Below, one piece after another: positions 25,601-28,628 of a DNA stretch of 64,000 nucleotides (position 1 is its first letter; each line of letters starts with the position of its first letter). The position numbers and the translations under genes were made by a program. The DNA is from Clostridia bacterium (lineage in GTDB: Bacteria > Bacillota > Clostridia > Christensenellales > CAG-917): positions 10,752 through 74,751 of the forward strand of contig CAAFLX010000001.1 in assembly GCA_900763875.1 (NCBI GenBank), read 5' to 3'. The notes beneath the pieces were generated by a model. The model did not search any database. It was not told the origin of the DNA and saw nothing but the letters and a program-made list of their open reading frames with translations.

Positions 25601-28301
25601 GAAACAAACCGACAAAGACTTCGAGTTGACAAACGAAAAGAGATACGTGCTTGCAAAACAACGCGTCAATATCCCCGTCACGGTGCTCAACCGTACAATC
25701 GTTGACGCAGAGCTGTTGCTTGGCGATAGCGGACTCAAGTATTTGTACTCCGACTCAAGCAAGTATGCGACAATCACGGACACCCTCATCGGCGACGGCG
25801 CGGCGGACGGCAGATACGTTGACATCGTCTACAACAAGGCGACGGGTATGCCCACCGAGTACGTCTACTACAACCACTTCGCATACGTCGGCGAGAGCAG
25901 GTTGCCGCACTATGTGCAACTCACCTTTGCAAACGGCGATGTGAAAAACTACTACGTCACCTACGAAAACGCTCCGACTGCAAGCGAAGTCGCGCTCCTC
26001 ACCAAGGCTCTCGAAAGAAAGATGACCGTCCATGTGTGGAACGGCGAAGACAAGCAACTCGAAGTTATGGACGCGTTCGAGATGACAATCCGCATCCGCG
26101 TATCCAAGGTTACGCTCACCAACAGCGACCTTGCATACAACGATATGTCGGTTGGCTCTTACAAATACAACAAGGATGTTTACGTTGACGAAAACGGCTC
26201 TGTCTACAACACGGCAGACTATAACAAAGACGTAACATTCTATGTCGGCGCACAATTTGTCAAGGCGTCCGATTGGTGGAACGAGGGTAGAGAGAAAGTC
26301 AACAACCGCTACGAGTACAACTCCACCTACACCAAACGTCACGGCTTCACAGACGCCAACGACGGCGAAGTGTATCCGGGGCTTTACAGCATCTACGGCG
26401 CGGCAAACAACGATACGTTCAAGGCAGAAGGCAGAGAGGGTGACTATAAAGATGTCAAACTCTACTACTTCAACCAAGCCACAAAGAACTACTCCTTGTA
26501 CACGGGCGCGGTGAAATACAATGCTGCAGATACCACTTACAAGACGGCAAATGACGAAGACCTCTATATCCTCACCTACGTCACCACGCAAAAACTTGCG
26601 GCAGAGTGGAATGCAGACAGCGTGAAGTACTCCTACAAGGGCGGCAACGTGGCAGTTGCGGCAACGCTTTCGAGCAAGGTTGCAGGCAACAGCGCAACGG
26701 CAAAAGTTGACGTCACCGTCCACATCAACGACAGCAGAGTCCAAAGTGTTGCAACCGTCACCGGCAATGATTTGTTCAAGAACAACGAAATCGTCATCGA
26801 TCCGTTTGCGAACACCAACGTCTTTGCAAGAAGGAGCGGCTACAACGGCGACCGCTATGAGAAGTCGCCTGTGGCAACCAGCGGTTATGTCAAAAACAAC
26901 CTCGACGGCACTTACAAGCTCGTTGACGGCAAGTACGTCGAATTGACCGAGGAAGAACTCAACAGAGATTACGCCAACTTCCCGACGGAATTGACAATCA
27001 ATCTTGCAGGCAACAAGACGGCAACAGTACCTGTCGTTTGGGACTTCAGCGGCGTCAACGTAACTTATGCAGGCGGCACGTTCACGGCATACGCAATCGT
27101 CGATTACAACGGCACGTTCAACTATGGCAAGAACGAAATCGGCACGCAACGTATCAAGTTTACGGTCAAAGTCCTCGATAGAAGCGTAACTTCCATTGAA
27201 GACGACAGCGCATTGCAAGCACTCAAGGGCTATGCGGATGCAACAACCAAGACCTTCATCAACCCCTACGAGTACGTCAAGCCGACAATGCCCACCGAGC
27301 TTACGTTCAACGAGTACACAGGCAAAGTTGACGGCGAAACGGCAGTCGTGACCTACTCGACCAAGGGCACGGATCGCAAGCTCGTGTGGAGCTATGACGA
27401 GTTCAGACCCACCTACAACGGCGGTTTGGTCTATGTCACTGCAAACCTCATCGGCGTTGACGGCAACGTTCAATCCTACAAGATTCCGTTCCTTGTCAAG
27501 AAGATGATTGCAAACCATATGGTTGCGGCAGAGCCTAAGAAAGTTGACGTCAAGACAACGCTTGTTGCATCGGGCATCTTCGAGTCGAATATTGCAAACA
27601 GCAAGGCAGCCACCAAGTTCCAACTTGATCCCAACAATCCTGAAAGATTGACTATGCCGTTTGCCTACAAGGTTACGTTCACAGTGGCAAACCCTGTGTA
27701 CGACAAGAAAACGGAAACAGTGACCTTTGAAGAAACAACGACAACAGAAACGCTTGACTTCTTCTACGCAATCGTTTCAATGCCCGCCGACACCGAGTAT
27801 AAGGTCACGGCAGATGGCATCACGACCACCGCGAATGAAAAGAGTGCAGTTGTTCAACTTGCCGACCAAGAGCGCGTCACGGTTGACATCGAGCAAATCA
27901 ACAGCGACCTTAAACCGACAGGCATCGTTGCCTCATCGTTGCACACATCAACGCACCTCAACACCCAAACCACCGTTGACGGCAAGACCGTCAACGTGGT
28001 GTGGTTCGGCATTGCAGAGGTCTACTCGGCAAGCAACAAGTCGCAACTTCTTGCAACCTATTCGGTGACGTTCTCCTCGGCAAAATCGACGTTCGAACTG
28101 CCCACGTCGTCCGACCGCAAGATTGTCTACAAACTCTATGCGGCAGTCGGAACCGTTGTTGACCACAACGGTACGCTCGTCACAACAGACATTGCAAAAG
28201 AAGGACAAGCGTTTGTTGACGGCACTGTTGTAAAGGCAGGACAAGTCGTCCCAGCGGCGCAATTCGTGACAGCTCTTGAACCAATCACAATCAACGGCTG
28301 A
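1626..28301 (+). CDS. Giant predicted surface lipoprotein, about 8,891 aa, family not recognised
   Basis: The ORF-track frame is open from 1533 to 28301. Its first 31 codons overlap the promoter, so I assign the start to ATG 1626, 5 nt after GGAGGA. The N-terminus MRMRKLSLVLMLVLVGVMLFGMVAC has a basic n-region, a hydrophobic core and a lipobox-like GMVA|C. The stop is TGA 28299-28301, followed by a hairpin terminator. Composition is rich in D/N/K/G/T/Y/L/V and poor in Cys/Trp, which is typical of extracellular proteins. Confidence 0.9.
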   Translation: MRMRKLSLVLMLVLVGVMLFGMVACNPTQGGGNVEAPVIPTPQPDPDTPSNATYIGSQTAWNTLKEAALAEAGAEKDKRYINVDTAFVLGFAKDGSDSVVVARFASKIDRSDDSNSQILVEMRKINREANGKKLDKDAICELAAKGEGSLLMGMYYYQGKLVTDLRGIKKDDGLHVVYTNSVNMTNFVARFSDALDKLNLSSLFYDTLMGYDIGGLVNSLIKIDLAHLTVEELIVNVLFGASKSTLTDYGNGEQLLRIPCDLGLIVSLIPIVQGLIPENIIDLVKDVVGLDLGKLGALAGMALNLDAYIVNGALKSVNFGIDLNLNSYGVEGVQEKYEIFQSEIGISIGHAKADFAGTPDLDLISKENGLLTTKRNAQNLALKEGEKSLYDTVQESTDHYSFLTLDGAITLSLDFNKKTVKIDDIIGSFGTLISGLLEKNLKPEMLQALAALFAKDINFEQGRVQITIKAQGEINTQDATKTRLAVEILGRDGAKRATAYYTGEKNGVYIDVSGMLGSNGTKFKIDDINVNELLGQLIDKLFDTIKGAIDGLKGGATTQNIQKTLVENGQIVIQHGAFSADDSEGSVDVLALISMILDHVNLDMDGNIFNIKGLDVQLTRDLIDVILGLVFKGENAGANIPITGAELKYTNFGTYKNKNLSLTANLGVDNAAPLVGVGLGVDLLFGNIKNLDAFNATFDRLKAELATNEGAYLPILKNGAFNTDLLHVNLSTGLSIDVNTLKSELAKITVDMPNQDVGTLFKGVLLTALIELGNIDGGLKLDINADVDLSGGINADAILDLVLKSSAMIKISRKSDVEGTNPLLALYLQDGWAYLKADLLCLNVKTIKVNVRELLDALGVGSSNNQGNNQALTAGEGDNKEDNKEDNKDEGMDINKVLGFVAGIVDGFNLGNNALEIVLVSNLFEQVLSMLNIEGVKIEFASTEFDGGIRIGLNDGLNLTQLQLGVFVSLGNNVNFNVAINGLSAGLNDKATNYLVNDKQQETDYTEILKYPFLGLDLTLGLNLEADQGSKELVFGKGTHWKNDKNEYVEIKTTPVPDGYTGKLYYKDSKGIFKEENITKATLAFDEEIDLNYELRVAGQLDLSPILDYLFGAPQISTKGNVSELLVELTGKKFGDDRKVLLGLYYVGNSLYIDAKNFGLDKVRTDVDLYEVILSLLAKDSTININGGASSEALTAGTPDANDQAARKALALDIIATLSSDNVKLKIAKGLTDILYQLIGIDTNDMTAWAQIAWANVKDKFDNKPVRVKLDVNNAAGVTSGSAEIYVGTTVEKEDGTKLDPIKLTIGGDFVDSVKVVRNGKEINMAEYLQNRDGDMFDAVELFNDYGDITLPSVFAEIKGTFKVGADAGTNSWTIGEWIAQFLDNSQPELNSFISQLLLTYKVPVAAGAEIGFRIALNARLNPQIPIDFTQNVVFKEYDASELSNLAKFVEVYKLVKTKYTLLTDEERTSFTGKVYVKQYIPQGIALTEVTKLDYKGDAYLQVDGNYVKVKVTEENASQFVNDKLFSAANFLDIAYIASHSDLAVEIYNKNINNVNKDNQVESTLLALRVQNTGENGAGKSVSTVYLDLRDDFHVALANLDLGTLIGGLLNKDNSGNEGGNEGGSTASAMADGNEGGGIDLMSVIGSVLGGVISYIGLDSNGVKVNFAEGMIITLVQMLANKKIDPEKFVKLNSDRSYLALMWKYNLALNLQIDPVYLGLEISEINLGLGKEDGVIPKDFNTDIYTTAENLNTLSLNVDLGLKLKLKGQTEEVRLEKYLDLLIKDLAIKLGLEMKDDITYDINLGVGAKLDLKEPNNSNIVLEIKNKITNKNIIAVYVKGQEVYFDFGSLGRDPFYIQNTNICELIVSKLLELLKGIDKAAGSGASTAADDSMTVGVDEKMQVLLDIADGKLGMLVTQNVLVGLIAALTSKGNGEGGNNVNIAEILEKLDLDITVDVDLQLKPSLQLGVNLDSKLLELGVSVDNLDLATGNNSDAAKGVEQKTEAGTQKYVELSPAEQASYTGKKFKQVGDKFEQADDGTYRSYYEELTSAHIVTFDLSLIVDYYASATYEYVDDLKVLETYSPKDRYTLSAHDKRFVQDDNGRYIRAGFAFDELLNVLLNMDGLKDILNKALPQIRIDTNNDEVHFEKIENAFTLGDLLKRFGLNLFISDKMDDGFKLDVNLKLNLQKMGLEDLSKFDVNNLNLKTLLNGIEAKICVDFDYEKVGGTAKINLYLLDGIVYMDMSGIGGPRIQVEFMELLNRLGVVLGASESDAKVADDGTGKDEGKDEGKLDAGKIVGMIVEKLVLAAKPWELGSASNRIDNLGVFVRTNLINDLLTMVLKQTVNSENVVLQEGESGLFLYPQTNMFEKFGIDNALALQLKLAFANKKDPIKDDKGNDKQYMVDLTLGLDAKIDLESVDTDKPMLDNDQKVEYVLLNDYINNIVELIGGIRGEHYQRQTELVDNSVYYDFVEDKEGEYLLKTGMYRKPNFNIDAKGNYVFDETTKEYRLIKDGEELPEGTKRFSKEDLTNVKMYANRMATVQTVQETNDKGVTVSNQYAYFVKEATDGAWAFNKATNKLVARELAPQSDKFYTLVNMTVSEKDKDGNIVFRNALSSEVKLYEYKATTDKYEDQNISLSVSGLIYFNSSSAEVVNAGGLLPNAFRDMVINLQTMSAFNAGIGLRVSANVDLASLDLKGLAAGGSFDDFVKNSDLNKVELAIEFIEVDGDGYFARYDTPKGSKDGNEKVLGGMYLSGGTFYLDLTGMVGTAENYSKVENFVDFAKKVLDKFKKKDDNNKKDSGAQTASDAKSIEKATRDAIIMLAYSDAGFQIQITKALLAFVLSAFMPDLGSLDEVFDVFNISLGVDLGQPVYKKIADIADKAERDKFDNEYKSDRYKLYEKEEYTKVEDSELDVCYVVGNAYYLAKTTKVYEKTADAYGEGKVVENGALDTTKTYAVLVNNSYQDITSTVKGKYVHSNANFYAEAETVVTPISLRSYRMYREVDGKEVVTDTYIVGNTYVRYNGNKCNVTSLQNRKFGYVKDETGDYYRTVNLYSAINEYYLGLDVAIGAVNMGLKLGGIELGFGAGHDLLPAYIRDGKAHSRIVEDGGNNKTIEYNDELTVAEKANFADVPTNMFYDTIISLGFSVEFELGVTEGTLDFGKILSAIIGNLTGVVVEMPSTTKGYSSAHFRLDVSLMIDIYDLTKCELKLELYNVTETGYESLWLGAYYVNNTVYLNLEEAFNIQKVAIGGLNIAEILKDYIIDFENENYFTAGASASASTGDAFVANDATGSGAAGGINLSDKELALSLLINKDLLTLKLGNKLFDTILEYIPEDLLGFDIKQLFYDEINGGVQVELNTSESINLSVDVALGLDGDRYNKVDKVTRDNLAENVKNNSGQFYVFKQSDSGNYVKESNGTYARAITPDMKVEATDRYAKYRVFRDEDTNKLYLKEVVNNKQGDGSEVYKTYEAGVLGDPLANDDDVYKLTAGAIANKSFVNDGSKYDMTLTLGLAIKNLNVAFTNSRTYVLSGDELAEYTNFDDVDRITINEVIDVTTLFKTGKDNDIDLSSVLKAFLPSLTDEQLLVIKAQSDKGGDVERSLQLVLEGDIQIAALLNFMRTELVKYAGDDDQFDGDMDVAKVLELLKKVFEYLKKNTDELTKLIADIASYVNLSAKLQTKGGNDTEYHTMLGLYMVGGTFTLLDAEKGELDPLHANYIDPSARYDHYFETKSGSYYLDEATGTYKYITSNEYAGTRYSYDSSYCYKNEKGNYKRENGGVFIDLSYFNMPSVRVDANEIRKLVSGLLAANAQDAMTAADDKGDNKGDDKGDEENKKDPITFPLVKDDTILSYIRTFVYGLQITSRYVKVLAHADYINSLLTLLMGEDAIQFDKNSFTNKPNVTLYTDNTRYSYAKLDDLVTEFEENIKKYDVESEEYKQLRRDLTATLNRSKNMFELTEYYGTNYTKGIYYKDKDGAFVQKSEMSASELAEYDEKVKANTDGKGEFKYYDVTKVEVFLRLKDRVTNELLNGENAYVLFASASQTQINNSEKLEYLQKYGVNVPKLYKYDEATKTYEAVGSTLYLVNPLKARNEFLSVNLYLWNHRVSIAINAPSINVTKFQYLTGDQAKDKLNNNIAAGARYEDTVEDMFTSVDKVSDGVENWRLDYYKDGKFDTAKYEANPRYYEYRGKRQPINPDRLFVKKGANNYEKVATDWSSMPDYLAQMASEKAEYYFFTDTAYVLINRSFIYKREVYNENKKVLIPATDTRPDNEYWVKVQQESSVAQPDFKNDPAYADYKYKDYVDTDNLYYISLTLSGRLFLEAGKIYLPYSDYEVLYKKLHGDVAPTDDVIKSIAYKKFQGDYVKLTDTDNIATLKENKGLYVWVNSALDKQYSGVNEALGDVLGNLLGAMKGKFQVTEDMTFNIYFSIRLNLGFKLYILPSFGLDVRDLDVAIDVWGEQNDLMANGNYVTSEDRNKNNYEGKLLDGTKPHILGIYYDNDKDTGKAGLYVDAEALLGKDAKLFVDMSEYSLEDVLTGLIAGIGKKNDDASVASDASDKNPDKQPSAQMSLFLNIFTNAIAINVTSGFAKVLLKELLPDNASIADMLPNFKVYVKQNLRPYDLTIGALLFNEKGDVPVLNLGLVIEGLNGEEGVSSAIDFGRKEDILANQQGSNAIFYYANFYRDNGNTDYSNYYGKNFQLKDYVQLYRGEDGNDYYVKEKGGYELTSNGDGTYTVTAAANGGYAIYKKADGSIAGPEDRFMMTAPVMSEVLKSRQTAYNGAIYTDVDGVYMYVYERLDQIANNNTFGNKGAQSDGSNRFENYRALANTAQFAAFTGTIYIIDENNNYARVSKDDLQGFTGKGNLQYEKLANGTYKAIDANNNGYTDIDEADEFKKNNPDAKVYKKVTDFTNYTKALNLNLGDLLGGGEFDVASVLAGLDSVELGMNLDIKATLKDVINWTYQFTKAIDNAQIAEYLYVVAMALQNNKEFESLTGLNLDLKAYLKMANLVKMLAGDKSVTLVQALEGAKIYLELTYTTNFHGNAQPKALLWVEIRDGKLYVNLDASEIGDIVGWGDFFSYGIIDGLDLNVLLGAVKKTTASAQASVAADEEESNTGLIPANIWSVLNVVIGRLLVANDFLTVGLNETLIADLIGMLADSNSEVLQKVAEFLPKLRTTDTKDTSGVTINFYGNAPSIDINLGFKVGTLYYETVKNFNAMYGKEGKYVKTADWTGTTFTKDGNGNYTVGSGADNDHTYVLMSTDDYALVAYAYPAWEGDTYDYDTTSNTFVKHSGAGKGAYLKQGDFALAISLGKIYARVNRDFTIDKDDKFADKNADGSIKYDYFESATGAYVKDTDGTYRLATAADSEATHYDRKPSYANYVKMQDVTAHLEMSIDVSLYGSGKAGKNNIIDLSEILDLVMGLIAPNSAISGSQLKLNIVNEFGNDTAPFFTLDLVANINVQTFEVELGLQLNKQAKGSSTPKTLLGVYVVENTVYVDLSGLLGPTAKIAVTDLNLDGLLEGALGKFVKQPQASESTASGASTASNSDIATIEQTMKDYAYFMINVTPQKILLQLNADLINAVYKKIMQIRGLDSTKNLIPDIGDLLVRIDASEATGAKNYVKFKNDAEKAAYTGTTYKKVGLKYKKVEPSEGVKGNYYQKGTKTTISLNLRLSDGLYFCLDIPAASMTKDISQSVVTQLDLAREVKDFYKALTADELSKYTGTIFDKQADGSYVEIEKVNIVDGKTYYKWVKKATVPSGYIEILSLDLEALVNGTGTFDISALKLPTIGLSTTIELTMTSKNLKPGDDGYEDSLAGWVIGLFNNLLGGQSILGKFTALTLTGDKLYDGAKEYEGKVYYKDSEGAYKPFTGDAYVNGTTYYKYDLADINITMASEAVNFTIDISANVNLAPLLAYGIGGILFSDIAVDVKAGKPINSTILSLYYLGSSRLMKKTSGNGWEIGTATSGTYTANEIYSDALYIDASGLGLGKIKFQGIAGLLGASPSYGASTASDATVCSDASTQDATSSDAKAAAGSALYLQIDLENGRLGMTFDNAFISTLVGLLGIDLGDITLPPIKSVKLDVNLGTSGLDSINLNAQLDSVGTGANIAIKNVSLGLGESKVDSEKLINTVKTGYAGLTFSKTSGLMSLVQNAIDNLKPGLSINIQNKVWQLTQARNVSSAYRDSSITLNGRKVFTATNLTKESNVEAAKRYNIRLDLKSTLAKTGLSAIVGGNNIFITNLKLVTGGLAGAIVPLISALNCLDLGGMMGSSPLLQLVSGTDGDDATYSYPTATTAADASATAQSGWNKDKTAYNYPLKLENLIKSVDVNLFNDHEYWPYFAGATQVSNGAGKISIKATLDKDAYNELMIMVTCILMGLMKDKINSHNGEPYFGDIQKVGTGSGKLSKYLINGIGDTNEITKFYDGLDALVTGNKSTQEKVNYVEPFARSLPVTLTKWALMFALDAANLSISWGTIQNLASEVIEDLNKLIGGILPIPFASGVIDPSINIYIDLNPIASEYGCTDGQTVRPGIQAIEIMVNGKKNGVGDSMQYNKAQTTDRAQMSRMAYDGGASATETTIHRNEAWDFFMIRITPYSIVDKTFPTGLLYFDDSDEATLIDDKFDIPKEIVIEDPATRTGTLTTNSGASKEFQLRDSYFSNPEYFPQYANVKFPIIIDGQQMKSYYEKSGYKDTMGTYIIWDAASVDLTAATEKDTSGRRLAGYVYGYALNTVMYAIPVYVTDNYAYQNVNGMIATYTEDANGNYIFDEDIQSYRAIKSGETLATGTQKYKLSFTKKKLGIDIDATSSKYMAELPDLVEITFNDRKVTMGTYLTDATGKTLYALIDPFGSAPSENGYQILPQPTKEEKDKGAKDNLNSDGNKYVLMPAYVAGLVREKNAKGEIVFKTVKVDDKEYYVLNRSMLPTGKQFPAGTITWNTENFKYDWQGSTSWKSGDASNTIKVGLTYQWGLGKPVETKIDLEAKNYKISRLTYMKETKDATSKVKFESERDKNGNYTTILSLDAMKIDQSTADLVQYLNKFKFVDGKFVTEGSMTGFDVTWDTSELEKALAAITENGKVNFYKGIDVTVKAKVGGQRFSVRSSVTKTLTIANKVGFVGKDETFKGNLAQEVNVRIVVKPYVFDSMLTDVTFDQYKFDAITVDSLGDTFKFNVKDASGNKVAKTVKTGNGLSLSAPFIKVGDRYLDAYNNDVHKLTSDDITYEGYALSSKYPLFAKLTIGTEYSGKQEVYVPIVINALKPTATTINVAHEDTLNPTWHENAIYSSVDVAFGATTHKMFLDWSTVTYYTNAACTKVKAEQNIFDGGTIYAKLEAYKTLDNTANGTKLALVNTHTQDENGKDIYKAQTITLRLNVEQQIIRSLGYFYDESIGDLAAYLRANGMTEDLRAKLADKTNYTGKVYQQTHEKDGTAYGIDPINFATNRDDYFKTSKWGDVENGTPVLVNLVKGENYIAYVREFASVVASAPIDGIEKYVYAVIGNQKVQFNVNIPSYTFTTGTLTDSNSRLIHKSGSIAGTIETVEGTQVDNRLAFTYDVYDGWKLPATATVTTLQGKGDVNVAITWLDYSAPTKDEIKTDEGGQYVERKYFFFDGLAIRYPSQGEFTAKIYLDNFNVKAEVKPNGMSQTYDVFDKFEFATTATVTLGEKTYDNVPLHWLDKSMPTAEEIKQGSFTRKAYVLGGNVFGDMVAFDYTVAINNNFTLEGIEGGYKEGFRTELTADNFYQGLLKDTTLKVNGKDIPVELAWSDNYTAQSGFNGDMTLTITSKDGDALVLASTVTVNVKVASAGIESLVGGSKYTLDPYAKDSTLFANGADVQVNVKGSATPQTVRAYYDFDNADFYANVSKYFGKKLKVNVTYKYNAGKDEQSEIGTIEVYVMNRTIMYMSDYDNRSIVVDTFVNKDASYLANEMSVTTVDGTVFTAYFDWADVDKLIKSGTSNTAYMATAIVGIERADGGYVYEDITGNGKNAYVTVEDYVAFKKQTDKDFELTNEKRYVLAKQRVNIPVTVLNRTIVDAELLLGDSGLKYLYSDSSKYATITDTLIGDGAADGRYVDIVYNKATGMPTEYVYYNHFAYVGESRLPHYVQLTFANGDVKNYYVTYENAPTASEVALLTKALERKMTVHVWNGEDKQLEVMDAFEMTIRIRVSKVTLTNSDLAYNDMSVGSYKYNKDVYVDENGSVYNTADYNKDVTFYVGAQFVKASDWWNEGREKVNNRYEYNSTYTKRHGFTDANDGEVYPGLYSIYGAANNDTFKAEGREGDYKDVKLYYFNQATKNYSLYTGAVKYNAADTTYKTANDEDLYILTYVTTQKLAAEWNADSVKYSYKGGNVAVAATLSSKVAGNSATAKVDVTVHINDSRVQSVATVTGNDLFKNNEIVIDPFANTNVFARRSGYNGDRYEKSPVATSGYVKNNLDGTYKLVDGKYVELTEEELNRDYANFPTELTINLAGNKTATVPVVWDFSGVNVTYAGGTFTAYAIVDYNGTFNYGKNEIGTQRIKFTVKVLDRSVTSIEDDSALQALKGYADATTKTFINPYEYVKPTMPTELTFNEYTGKVDGETAVVTYSTKGTDRKLVWSYDEFRPTYNGGLVYVTANLIGVDGNVQSYKIPFLVKKMIANHMVAAEPKKVDVKTTLVASGIFESNIANSKAATKFQLDPNNPERLTMPFAYKVTFTVANPVYDKKTETVTFEETTTTETLDFFYAIVSMPADTEYKVTADGITTTANEKSAVVQLADQERVTVDIEQINSDLKPTGIVASSLHTSTHLNTQTTVDGKTVNVVWFGIAEVYSASNKSQLLATYSVTFSSAKSTFELPTSSDRKIVYKLYAAVGTVVDHNGTLVTTDIAKEGQAFVDGTVVKAGQVVPAAQFVTALEPITING

Positions 28302-28323
28302 GATACGATACAGCCTCAATCGC

Positions 28324-28352
28324 AAAAAGCCTCGCGTCAAGCGAGGCTTTTT
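28324..28352 (+). terminator. Rho-independent terminator of the giant gene
   Basis: GCCTCGC (28329-28335) pairs with GCGAGGC (28341-28347) around the loop GTCAA. The stem is flanked by A5 and followed by T5. Confidence 0.8.
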
Positions 28353-28570
28353 CGTTGGCAAAATGGCAATCGCGCGTGAGCCACCGCTTTGTCTTTGCGG
28401 TTTTTTGTTCTCGGTTTTGTGCATTTTTGCCTTAGATTTTGAGTGTTTTGTCTTACGATTTTGCATTGTCGGGCTGCCGTGCGTTTTGGTGTTTTTCGAC
28501 TTTGTGGCTTGCGATTTTGCGCCTTTTAGGTCGCGCTTTGAAGAAATACGGCTGCTTTGACAAATTTTTA

Positions 28571-28598
28571 TTGAAAATATCACCGCTTGTGGTATAAT
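28571..28598 (+). promoter_or_regulatory. Promoter with extended -10 (TTGAAA-16 bp-TGgTATAAT)
   Basis: TTGAAA at 28571-28576 and TGGTATAAT at 28590-28598. ACGGAGGG follows, then ATG 28629. Confidence 0.55.
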
Positions 28599-28628
28599 AC
28601 ATATAATAAAGAATATACGGAGGGCCCC

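Noticed and set aside
1641-27623. Dozens of long reverse-strand ORFs (up to 1,078 aa) inside the giant gene, plus + strand out-of-frame ORFs of 60-180 aa.
   Set aside because: All the long ones lie in the codon-aligned antisense frame and are explained by avoidance of TTA, CTA and TCA in the sense frame. Their translations are low-complexity (rich in V/F/C/R/H) with no SD or promoter context. Housekeeping genes here show the same artefact.
1626-28301. The possibility that the giant ORF is an assembly artefact of collapsed or expanded tandem repeats, or a fusion of several genes.
   Set aside because: No long near-identical DNA repeats are visible; only 12-nt microrepeats occur in the linkers. 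The frame is continuous with uniform composition and codon usage. There are single promoter/SD and terminator signals at the two ends only. Read-level confirmation is still needed.
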